Shown in pieces: positions 52,946 through 64,000 of a stretch of 64,000 nt of DNA; within the stretch, counting starts at the first letter, position 1, and every line of letters starts with the position of its first letter. A program made the position numbers and the translations under genes. Source of the stretch: Eimeria praecox. Lineage: Eukaryota. The stretch spans positions 5,456,001-5,520,000 of the forward strand of contig OY986948.1 of NCBI GenBank assembly GCA_963920595.1. Reading direction: 5' to 3'. The notes below the pieces were generated by a model. The model saw only the letters and a program-made list of their open reading frames with translations. It had not been told where the DNA came from and made no database searches.

Positions 52946-54595
52946 TCATTTGCGTTCAAGTTCTGTGTCGTCCAGAAAACGCTTATAGAGCCGCAACATG
53001 GTTGGCAGGGAAGCATTGGTAGCAGAACTTGAGTCGGCACGCGCGCGATATCTGCTACGTGCCTTGAACGCTTTCTATTGTAGCTTGCTGTCCAGGCCAA
53101 AGTCATACGCTTCAGCTCAGATGGGTACCCCACGTAACGTCAAGCTGCACCCTTGTCCACTTGACATTGGACGTGCGCTTGGCTCGCTTATCGTAGTTGA
53201 AATGAGCTCCTTCCGTCTGCTGATGGGCGTATAATGCAGTACTCAGCCGGGAGGTCGGAAGCTGCAGGAGTGACCATCAACCCATCATAGGGTTTCTGTG
53301 TGGGCCTCTGCTGACACGGTTTAGGGAAGCCTTTTTTGATGTTGCGATTGTGTGCTGTTTTGGCCAGAGAGTATGCCGGCCATTAGCTCCACCATCTGCT
53401 AAATCGCGCTTCACTTAACAGCTCGAATAGTGTTAAGGAAGTCTAAGCACCAGACGTTAGTGCATATTCTTGGCGCAGTTATGGATGCTCTTACGTTTCA
53501 GGTTGTATGCGAGGGGGCATGCTTGTTCATGCGCATGGATTTAGATCTATGGGGTTTCAGCATGGGGCGAAGCTGGCTGTGGTTTGGCTACAGCCGTGCT
53601 TGTGCATGGCATATAGACTGAAGCGAATAGATTGTGCTCGCGATATGGAATTGGGAGTGAGAGTGTCTTGCGGTGCAAAGGATGTCAGCGAATGGGTGAG
53701 GCAGTATCTGGGTAGCGGCCTGCACGGCCGGTGGAAGCAGCAACTATGCGGTGGTTTGCGCCAAGGGTTTGTTAGTCCTGACATGCAGTAAGGTTATGTG
53801 TGATGACAGCATTTGCGCGAGTGTGGAATTCGACAAAATGCGAGGCGCTTCAGGCAGTGCGGCTAAGATCAACTGCGTGAATTCCCATGGCGCTAGCAGA
53901 ACAGAATGGGGATCCGGTAGCTCACTGTGCTGCTGTTGAATAGCATCAGGCATGGCGAAGCTCTGGATGCAGGCAAATATTTCTGGTTTGACAAGGCTCG
54001 GTAATCTTTTTGTGCTCATAGCTGGTGCAATTCACGAATGTGCTACTAATAGAAGTTCTGCCAAGGTAGTCATTTCGCGGCACGGTGATCGTAGCTCCCC
54101 TATATAACCAAGTGTGCATGTGATACAGGACACCGTAGTTCACATGCTTGGTAAGCCTCTTTCCTCTTGAACATTGCCGATTGCCATTTGTGTTCCAACA
54201 AGGAGCACTTCGACAAGGTCGCCCCATGCAGCTAGCTGCATGATCCTGCAGTTGGTGTTGGACCTGGGATTTGTTCGCTTGCGCTAGCTGAAAAGGGCGC
54301 TGTGTGTCTACAGGAGTATACACCGTATTTGGCGGAGAGCTAGGGGTCTTGCGTGCGTGCGTATCGTGGGGTTGAACACGTGTGCTGGGATGGTGTGACA
54401 AAGCCTTCTTCACCGCTACAAGCGGCGGCTCCTTTGCGGGGGAAGTAGCCGATCAGAGGCAGACTTATCTGCTTCGCGCAGTTGGAGATGCTGTTACGTT
54501 TCAGGCAGTACGGAGGCAGGAATCGATGTGCAGTTGCATGCATTGAAATGCATTGAGGTACAGTGGGAGAAGAGCTTGCTTGTCTTGTATTTAGC
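52946..54595 (+). repeat. Partial (~1.65 kb) outlying copy of the 3.15 kb higher-order repeat
   Basis: Matches 56780-58429 at offset 3834 (TCATTTGCGTTCAAG at 52946/56780; TGTCTTGTATTTAGC at 54581/58415). Matching ORF pairs are 53507/57341 and 53946/57780. Confidence 0.93.
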
Positions 54596-56264
54596 TTCGG
54601 TACGTGCTGGGCCAGGGTGCCGCGGTGGGCGGTTTGCTCTTTGGAGACAGGATCGGGTAATGCAAGCGTGCCATCTGCGCAGCGGTTTGAGTGGTATGGA
54701 GAAGCAGGGGTCGCCGTGATTTGTGTCAGACGTTTACTAGCATTGATGATGAGCACCTTTTTTAAGATCACTGTTGTTTTGCGGAGAGCAGCCATAGGGA
54801 ATGGCGAACAGCAGGCGAGGGGGCGACCAGCACGAATTGTGGAGAACTGCATGACGCTTGCATATACGAATGCGGGACAGGTAGACCATCGCGCAGTTAT
54901 TAGATACACAAGAGAAAGCGAAAACCGAAGATTTCCTGGTTTGGTGATGCCTGTTTAAATGATTTGCACTCGAAGTAGGTGCAACGCATGAATGTGTCAC
55001 TGGAATTCCGTCGAAGAACCAGCCCTGCGGTCAGCAAGCACATGTGGTCAAATATCATGTACACGTGCCACTATCGTTGGTCTTCAACCAAGAAGGGGAT
55101 GCACAAAGGCGTCTTCTGCGGCCGCTTGTACCGTCATGCAGTTGCCAATAAGAATGGGCATGGTTCTGTTGTCCTGCTTGAGCTTACCTTCCTTTGCGGA
55201 TTGGCATGCAGGAAATCGTTGGCGGAAAGGTATGTGGTCAGCATATGTGAGCATCGTGGGGCTGTATAATTTTCTTCTGCGCATGTACGGCTGTAGAATG
55301 GCGAAACCTTCTCTGACGTTGCCGTCGAGCGCTGCATTGGGCAGAGAGTAAGCACATAAGTCAATAAGTTGTTGCTTACCAGAGATGCGGAGATCCAAAG
55401 CTCTCAGTATCTCCAACAATTTGTAGAAAGCCTGAACTACCCGGAGCATGCTTACGTTCTTGCTGCAGTTGTAGGCCCGCTTTTATTCGAGGGTGGTGCT
55501 TGATGGTGAGCTTGTGGCAAAGGTTTAGTGTTATTGCAGGTATGTACCACTACACCTGGTAGATGGTAGCTGTTTTGCGGAGAATGGGAATGGCTAAGGG
55601 CGAATTATGACTGACGACAAGAACAGGACGAATCGTCGAGGCTTGCACGCAGCTGCCGTAAGATAGCCAGGGGCCTGCGCAGCATTGTGCAGTTATTAAG
55701 TAACGGAAAAAGGGAATTTCACAGTGCACGCGGGCGGTGGAGGGTTGGCAAGATTAGTTTAGTAGTAAATGCTGTTCATGGACATGCCACTGTTCTTTGT
55801 CCTAGCCTGGCATCTCAAGGCAAGGCCGTCCTAGGCCAACAACATTCTAGGCAAAGGCAAAGAGGAAACTAGCAATTGCTCTGTGAGGACGGAATTATTG
55901 ACGACTCTTGACCGCTTTCTGTGTTCGATGGCCTTTCAACATTGCGCGACTTAACAAGGATGCCCCATGCAATCAGCAGCACCATGCTGCAGTTGAAGGT
56001 GAGCTTGGGCATTTTCAGGCCGAACTCGTATCCGTTTGCAGATAAACGTATACACTGTACACCATGGAGAGCTAACGTGCTTGCACTTGCGAGTATGTTT
56101 GGGTTAGTCCCCTGTCTTTGCTACTGCAGGCTGCGCTGTGTGGCCAGACAGCACGGAACCATTTAGCAGCCACAGGTTCGGAGCGCCGAATTGTTTGGCA
56201 CTTTTTGTCAGCGTAGACAGCTCGTAGCACCTCTGAAACGATGGCACCAAGCTCATGCACCTGC

Positions 56265-59200
56265 AGTGCGAGTAGTATTGGGGGCTAGCTTTGCTTCAAC
56301 AGTGCACTGTTTCGGTATACGCTGGGTTCTGGTCTTTCGGCATGGTGCGTCTGCAACCTGCAGCAGAAGCGGGTGCCGGATCTGTAGAGTGCGGGGAAAA
56401 ACAGTTCCACGCAGTGCAGGAAGGTGCGTTCACGTTGGGATCCTTTTCCCAGCGCATGTGTGTTTCGCAGGAAGTGCGTGCGGAGCGTGCTGGCGTATCT
56501 CTCTGCGCAGCGCGGCTGTGGCTGGAGCTCTTGCCATAGTTTGGAGCATAGGTCAGGAGTCGGTCCGTTGAGTATGAAGATGGACATTTGCCTGGGTAGT
56601 GGCAAGGGTTTTCAAAGCGCATGCTGTGTGGCAATAGGCGCAGCCTATCACAAGCGCTAGTTTACGTGGTATGTTGCGGCTTGTCTCTAGACGCCCGTGG
56701 TTTGGGGTTGCTTGTGGCTTGGAGAGATGCGTGAAGCTTGTTCCTTGTTGGGAGTGCGTGCAGCTTACCAACGCAGCAATCATTTGCGTTCAAGTTCTGT
56801 GCCGTCCGGAAAATGTTTATGGAGCCCCAACATGGTTGGCAGGGACGCATTGGTAGCAGAACTTGAGTCGGCACGCGCGCGATATCTGCTACGTGCGTTG
56901 AACACTTCCTATTGTAGCTTGCTGTCCAGGCCAAAGCCATACGCTTCAGCTCAGATGGGTACCCCACGTAACGTCAAGCTGCACCCTTGTCCACTTGACA
57001 TTGGACGTGCGCTTGGCTCGCTTATCGTAGTTGAAATGAGCTCCTTCCGTCTGCTGATGGGCGTATAATGCAATACTCAGCCGGGAGGTCGGAAGCTGCA
57101 GGAGTGACCATCAACCCATCATAGGGTTTCTGTGTGGGCCTCTGCTGACACGGTTTAGGGAAGCCTTTTTTGATGTTGCGATTGTGTGCTGTTTTGGCCA
57201 GAGAGTATGCCGGCCATTAGCTCCAGCATCTGCTAAATCGCGCTTCACTTAACAGCTCGAATAGTGTTAAGGAAGTCTAAGCACCAGACGTAAGTGCATA
57301 TTCTTGGCGCAGTTACGAATGCGCTTACATTTCGGGCTGTATGCGAGCGGGCATGCTTGTTCATGCGCATGGATTTAGATCTATGGGGTTTCAGCATGGG
57401 GCGAAGCTGGCTGTGGTTTGGCTACAGCCGTGCTTGTGCATGGCATATAGACTGAAGCGAACAGATTCTGCTCGCGATAAGGAATTGGGAGTGAGAGTGT
57501 CTTGCGGTGCAAAGGATGTCAGCGAATGGGTGAGGCAGTATCTGGGTAGCGGCCTGCACGGCCGGTGGAAGCAGCAACTATGCGGTGGTTTGCGCCAAGG
57601 GTTTGTTAGTCCTGACATGCAGTAAGGTTATGTGTGATGACAGCATTTGCGCGAGTGTGGAATTCGACAAAATGCGAGGCGCTTCAGGCAGTGCGACTAA
57701 GATCAACTGCGTGAATTCCCATGGCGCTAGCAGAACAGAATGGGGATCCGGTAGCTCACTGTGCTGCTGTTGAATAGCATCAGGCATGGCGAAGCTCTGG
57801 ATGCAGGCAAATATTTCTGGTTTGACAAGGCTCGGTAATCTTTTTGTGCTCATAGCTGGTGCAATTCACGAATGTGCTACTAATAGAAGTTCTGCCGAGG
57901 TAGTCAATTCGCAGCACGGTGATCGTAGCTCCCCTATATAACCAAGTGTGCATGTGATACAGGACACCGTAGTTCACATGCTTGGTAAGCCTCTTTCCTC
58001 TTGAACATTGCCGATTGCCATTTGTGTTCCAACAAGGAGCACTTCGACAAGGTCGCCCCATGCAGCTAGCTGCATGATCCTGCAGTTGGTGTTGGACCTG
58101 GGATTTGTTCGATTGCGCTAGCTGAAAAGGGCGCTGTGTGTCTACAGGAGTATACACCGTATTTGGCGGAGAGCTAGGGGTCTTGCGTGCGTGCGTATCG
58201 TGGGGTTGAACACGTGTGCTGGGATGGTGTGACAAAGCCTTCTCCACCGCTACAAGCGGTGGCTCTTTTCCAGGGGAAGTAGCCGATCAGAGGCAGACTT
58301 ATCTGCTTCGCGCAGTTGGAGATGCTCTTACGTTTCAGGCAGTATGAAAGCAGGAATCGATGTGCAGTTGCATGCATTGAAATGCATTGAGGCACAGTGG
58401 GAGAAGAGCTTGCTTGTCTTGTATTTAGCGGTGGTTCTCTTCGGTAAGTGCTGGGCGAGGGTGTCTCGGTGAGCGATATGCGTTTGCCAAATACGATCTG
58501 GCATTATGCACTATGGGCGTCGAGCTGCGAGACAGTGTAGGAGCAGTGTGGGGAGTGGCGAGAAGAAGGAGCGGCTCGTGCTGATTTGTGTCAGGCGGTT
58601 GGTAGCATTGGCGGTCTGGTCGGCTGTGTGCGATGGCCGCTTTTTTTACGGAGGACGGAACTAGCGAAGGGTGGGCAGCGGCTGACCGTTCGAGCAGCGT
58701 GCATTGTGTAGATCCACATGGCGCTTACAGAGAAGAACACTGGTCAAGTAGCTCACTGAATGGGTATTGGGAACCGCACGCGAGGGCCGGGCTCGTAGCG
58801 CTTGCGGATGCTTGTGTTTTGGCAAGATTAGCTAAGCCGTTTCGTGTTGGGAATATGTGGAGCGTATGAGTGTGCCACTCACTTTCTTCGGTGCTGGGCA
58901 TCTCACGGCCAGTGGTTCACAGCTCTTCAACTAGGCAGGCAGAGGCAAACGACAAGTACGCGCTTGGTTTGCCGGTGAGTGTTGGCTGCCGAACATGATG
59001 AGGATGTTCAATTTTCATTGGTCATTAAGCAGGAGGTGTGTTTATACAGTGACCCGATGCAGCAGCCAGCTGTTTCCTTTTGCAGTTGGTATTAGGCATC
59101 GGCTTTATTTGTGCTCCGGGGGTCGAAAAATAGCCTTTGACATGGAGGGGTGTAGGCTACGTTTGGCGGAGCGCTTGGGGACCAGCATACGTGAGTATTG

Positions 59201-62200
59201 TGAGGTTATGCAGTTTGTATGCACGCGTCTACGGGCGTGGTGTGGCAATGCCTTATCCGGCCTTACGAATGGTCGCTGCTTTGCGCAGGAAGTATGCACT
59301 TAGGAATAAAGGCGTCTGTTGGGCCCGGCTATGGGTTTTATCAGGTTTTATCACGTTTCAGGCGTTTTCAAGGCAGCCATAGATGTGTATGTGCGTGTGC
59401 GCAGAATTGTGGAGTTGGGGTGTGAGTAGTAGTGGAGGCTTGTTTTGCTTCAATAGTGCACTGTTTCGGTATACGCTGGGGTTTGGTCTTTCGACATGGT
59501 GCGTTTGCAACCTGCAGCAGAAGCGGGTGCCGGATCTGTAGAGTGCGGGGAAAAACAGTTCCACGCAGTGCAGGAAGGTGAGTTCACGTTGCTATCCTTT
59601 TTCCAGCGCATGCGCGTTTTTCAGCAAGTGCGTGCGGAGCGTGCTGGCGTATCTCTCTGCGCAGCGTAGCTGTGGCTGGAGCTCTTGCCATAGTTTGGAG
59701 CATAGGTCAGGAGTCGGTCCGTTGAGTATGAAGATGGACATTTGCCTGGGTAGTGGCAAGGGTTTTCAAAGCGCATGCTGTGTGGCAATAGGCGCAGCCT
59801 ATCACAAGCGCTAGTTTACGTGGTATGTTGCGGCTTGTCTCTAGACGCCCGTGGTTTGGGGTTGCTTGTGGCTTGGAGAGATGCGTGAAGCTTGTTCCTT
59901 GTTGGGAGTGCGTGCAGCTTACCAACGCAGCAATCATTTGCGTTCAAGTTCTGTGCCGTCCGGAAAATGTTTATGGAGCCCCAACATGGTTGGCAGGGAC
60001 GCATTGGTAGCAGAACTTGAGTCGGCACGCGCGCGATATCTGCTACGTGCGTTGAACACTTTCTACTGTAGCTTGCTGTCCAGGCCAAAGCCATACGCTT
60101 CAGCTCAGATGGGTACCCCACGTAACGTCAAGCTGCACCCTTGTCCACTTGGCATTGGACGTGCGCTTGGCTCCCTTATCGTAGTTGAAATGAGCTCCTT
60201 CCGTCTGCTGATGGGCGTATAATGCAATACTCAGCCGGGAGGTCGGAAGCTGCAGGAGTGACCATCAACCCATCATAGGGTTTCTGTGTGGGCCTCTGCT
60301 GACACGGTTTAGGGAAGCCTTTTTTGATGTTGCGATTGTGTGCTGTTTTGGCCAGAGAGTATGCCGGCCATTAGCTCCAGCATCTGCTAAATCGCGCTTC
60401 ACTTAACAGCTCGAATAGTGTTAAGGAAGTCTAAGCACCAGACGTAAGTGCATATTCTTGGCGCAGTTACGAATGCGCTTACATTTCGGGCTGTATGCGA
60501 GGGGGCATGCTTGTTCATGCGCATGGATTTAGATCTATGGGGTTTCAGCATGGGGCGAAGCTGGCTGTGGTTTGGCTACAGCCGTGCTTGTGCATGGCAT
60601 ATAGACTGAAGCGAACAGATTCTGCTCGCGATAAGGAATTGTGAGTGAGAGTGTCTTGCGGTGCAAAGGATGCCAGCGAATGGGTGAGGCAGTATCTGGG
60701 TAGCGGCCTGCACGGCCGGTGGAAGCAGCAACTATGCTTCGCACCAGGGGTTTAGTCGTCCTGGCATGCAGTAAGGTTATGTGTGATGACAGCATTTGCG
60801 CGAGTGTGGAATTCGACAAAATGCGAGGCGCTTCAGGCAGTGCGGCTAAGATCAACTGCGTGAATTCCCATGGCGCTAGCAGAACAGAATGGGGATCCGG
60901 TAGCTCACTGTGCTGCTGTTGAATAGCATCAGGCATGGCGAAGCTCTGGATGCAGGCAAATATTTCTGGTTTGACAAGGCTCGGTAATCTTTTTGTGCTC
61001 ATAGCTGGTGCAATTCACGAATGTGCTACTAATAGAAGTTCTGCCGAGGTAGTCAATTCGCAGCACGGTGATCGTAGCTCCCCTATATAACCAAGTGTGC
61101 ATGTGATACAGGACACCGTAGTTCACATGCTTGGTAAGCCTCTTTCCTCTTGAACATTGCCGATTGCCATTTGTGTTCCAACAAGGAGCACTTCGACAAG
61201 GTCGCCCCATGCAGCTAGCTGCATGATCCTGCAGTTGGTGTTGGACCTGGGATTTGTTCGATTGCGCTAGCTGAAAAGGGCGCTGTGTGTCTACAGGAGT
61301 ATACACCGTATTTGGCGGAGAGCTAGGGGTCTTGCGTGCGTGCGTATCGTGGGGTTGAACACGTGTGCTGGGATGGTGTGACAAAGCCTTCTCCACCGCT
61401 ACAAGCGGCGGCTCCTTTGCGGGGGAAGTAGCCGATCAGAGGCAGACTTATCTGCTTCGCGCAGTTGGAGGTGTTGTTACGTTTCAGATAGTATGAAAGC
61501 AGGAATCGATGTGCAGTTGCATGCATTGAAATGCATTGAGGCACAGTGGGAGAAGAGCTTGCTTGTCTTGTATTTAGCGGTGGTTCTCTTCGGTAAGTGC
61601 TGGGCGAGGGTGTCTCGGTGAGCGATATGCGTTTGCCAAATAGGATCTGGCATTATGCACTATGGGCGTCGAGCTGCGAGACAGTGTAGGAGCAGTGTGG
61701 GGAGTGGCGAGAAGAAGGAGCGGCTCGTGCTGATTTGTGTCAGGCGGTTGGTAGCATTGGCGGTCTGGTCGGCTGTGTGCGATGGCCGCTTTTTTTACGG
61801 AGGACGGAACTAGCGAAGGGTGGGCAGCGGCTGACCGTTCGAGCAGCGTGCATTGTGTAGATCCACATGGCGCTTACAGAGAAGAACACTGGTCAAGTAG
61901 CTCACTGAATGGGTATTGGGAACCGCACGCGAGGGCCGGGCTCGTAGCGCTTGCGGATGCTTGTGTTTTGGCAAGATTAGCTAAGCCGTTTCGTGTTGGG
62001 AATATGTGGAGCGTATGAGTGTGCCACTCACTTTCTTCGGTGCTGGGCATCTCACGGCCAGTGGTTCACAGCTCTTCAACTAGGCAGGCAGAGGCAAACG
62101 ACAAGTACGCGCTTGGTTTGCCGGTGAGTGTTGGCTGCCGAACATGATGAGGATGTTCAATTTTCATTGGTCATTAAGCAGGAGGTGTGTTTATACAGTG

Positions 62201-64000
62201 ACCCGATGCAGCAGCCAGCTGTTTCCTTTTGCAGTTGGTATTAGGCATCGGCTTTATTTGTGCTCCGGGGGTCGAAAAATAGCCTTTGACATGGAGGGGT
62301 GTAGGCTACGTTTGGCGGAGCGCTTGGGGACCAGCATACGTGAGTATTGTGAGGTTATGCAGTTTGTATGCACGCGTCTACGGGCGTGGTGTGGCAATGC
62401 CTTATCCGGCCTTACGAATGGTCGCTGCTTTGCGCAGGAAGTATGCACTTAGGAATAAAGGCGTCTGTTGGGCCCGGCTATGGGTTTTATCAGGTTTTAT
62501 CACGTTTCAGGCGTTTTCAAGGCAGCCATAGATGTGTATGTGCGTGTGCGCAGAATTGTGGAGCTGGGGTGTGAGTAGTAGTGGAGGCTTGTTTTGCTTC
62601 AATAGTGCACTGCTTCGGTATACGCTGGGGTTTGGTCTTTCGACATGGTGCGTTTGCAACCTGCAGCAGAAGCGGGTGCCGGATCTGTAGAGTGCGGGGA
62701 AAAGCAGTTTCACGCAGTGCAGGAAGGTGAGTTCACGTTGCTATCCTTTTTCCAGCGCATGCGCGTTTTTCAGCAAGTGCGTGCGGCGCGTGTTGGCGTA
62801 TCTCTCTGCGCAGCGTAGCTGTGGCTGGAGCTCTTGCCATAGTTTGGAGCATAGGTCAGGAGTCGGTCCGTTGAGTATGAAGATGGATATTTGCCTGGAT
62901 AGTGGCAAGGGTTTTCAAAGCGCATGCTGTGTAGCAATAGGTGCAGCCTATCACAAGCGCTAGTTTACGTGGTATGTTGCGGCTTGTCTCTAGACGCCCG
63001 TGGTTTGGGGTTGCTTGTGGCTTGGAGAGATGCGTGAAGCTTGTTCCTTGTTGGGAGTGCGTGCAGCTTACCAACGCAGCAATCATTTGCGTTCAAGTTC
63101 TGTGTCGCCCGGAAAATGCTTATAGAGCCGCAACATGGTTGGCAGGGACGCATTGGTAGCAGAACTTGAGTCGGCACGCGCGCGATATCTGCTACGTGCG
63201 TTGAACACTTCCTATTGTAGCTTGCTGTCCAGGCCAAAGCCATACGCTTCAGCTCAGATGGGTACCCCACGTAACGTCAAGCTGCACCCTTGTCCACTTG
63301 ACATTGGACGTGCGCTTGGCTCGCTTATCGTAGTTGAAATGAGCTCCTTCCGTCTGCTGATGGGCGTATAATGCAATACTCAGCCGGGAGGTCGGAAGCT
63401 GCAGGAGTGACCATCAACCCATCATAGGGTTTCTGTAGGGGCCTCTGCTGACACGGTTTAGGGAAGCCTTTTTTGATGTTGCGATTGTGTGCTGTTTTGG
63501 CCAGAGAGTATGCCGGCCATTAGCTCCACCGCCTGCGAAACCGCGATGCACTTAACAGCTCGAATAGTGTTAAGGAAGTCTAAGCACTAGACGTAAGTGC
63601 ATATTCTTGGCGTAGTTATGGATGCTCTTACGTTTCAGGCTGTATGCGAGCGGGCATGCTTGTTCATGCACATGGATTTAGATCTATGGGGTTTCAGCAT
63701 GGGGCGAAGCTGGCTGTGGTTTGGCTACAGCCGTGCTTGTGCATGGCATATAGACTGAAGCGAATAGATTGTGCTCGCGATATGGAATTGGGAGTGAGAG
63801 TGTCTTGCGGTGCAAAGGATGTCAGCGAATGGGTGAGGCAGTATCTGGGTAGCGGCCTGCACGGCCGGTGGAAGCAGCAACTTTGCGGTGCTTCGCACCA
63901 GGGGTTTAGTAGTCCTGGCATGCAGTAAGGTTATGTGTGATGACAGCATTTGCGCGAGTGTGGAATTCGACAAAATGCGAGGCGCTTCAGGCAGTGCGAC
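56265..64000 (+). repeat. Higher-order tandem repeat with a 3149-3154 bp unit made of three diverged monomers; ~2.45 units, truncated by the window end
   Basis: ORFs repeat at 56553/59707/62856, 57780/60929, 58633/61782 and 58995/62144. There are three CCAG(G/A)..AGTA blocks per unit (57197, 58271, 59285; 60351, 61420, 62434). A 5-bp deletion near 60735 explains 3154 versus 3149. Confidence 0.96.

Larger units (their letters stand above)
1..64000 (+). repeat. Degenerate head-to-tail tandem array (macrosatellite-like) of about 60-65 copies of a ~1.05-1.1 kb monomer, many with internal deletions
   Basis: A variant of TTTGCCCAGGAAGTATGCAC / TTTGCCAGAGAGTATG recurs about once per kb, e.g. near 2085, 3085, 4175, 6418, 8328, 9310, 10150, 11310, 17768, 18848, 19817, 20765, 21815, 22678, 26846, 27883, 29456, 30506, 37059, 39293, 40218, 41268, 42126, 43201, 44112, 45106, 46287, 47312, 48404, 49397, 50381, 51342, 52326, 53363, 59285 and 63500. 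It is flanked by other blocks in constant order: GCCCCATGCAGCCAGCTGCA (8101), CGACAAGGTCGCCCCATGCAGCTAGCTGCA (54211), TGAAATCAGCTC..GCCGATAGGAGTAT (17607), GTAGATCCGCATGG (22187, 44624) and AATTTATGAATG..GCTGATAT (20368). No inverted copies were seen. Confidence 0.9.

Noticed and set aside
1..64000. The hundreds of 60-190 aa ORFs as prokaryotic or viral genes
   Set aside because: They overlap heavily in all six frames and are Cys/Arg/Ser-rich like random translation. There is no operon-like packing or known motif, and repeated ORFs merely track DNA duplications.

Overview
This 64-kb window looks like gene-free, probably eukaryotic DNA. It has roughly balanced GC, abundant CpG and a G+T-rich plus strand. 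I recognise no protein-coding gene, rRNA, tRNA, CRISPR array or transposase, and the six-frame ORFs are short, overlapping and not protein-like. The sequence is not unique, though. Almost the whole window is a cryptic head-to-tail array of about 60-65 heavily diverged copies of one ~1.05-1.1 kb monomer, all in the same orientation. Each copy is recognisable by an ordered series of motif blocks: CGACAAGG..GCCCCATGCAGCCAGCTGCA, TTGAAATCAGCTC..GCCGATAGGAGTAT, TTTGCCCAGGAAGTATGCAC, TGCAGATTTGTGGAGTTGCAGTG, GCAGCGCAATACGTGGTAGAAGGAAGCAGCGAC, GTAGATCCGCATGGCGCTTGC and ATTTATGAATGTGCCGCTGATAT. Younger, near-identical amplifications lie on top of this old array. These are a ~1.7 kb duplication at two-monomer distance, six tandem copies of a 762-bp deleted monomer, short in-register duplications at 1067 and 1971 bp, and a ~3.15 kb three-monomer higher-order repeat that runs off the right end with mosaic variants. 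The best description is a layered macrosatellite (centromeric/subtelomeric type, or a decayed cassette array). Its function and source organism cannot be determined from the sequence alone. All alignments were done by eye, so boundaries are approximate.
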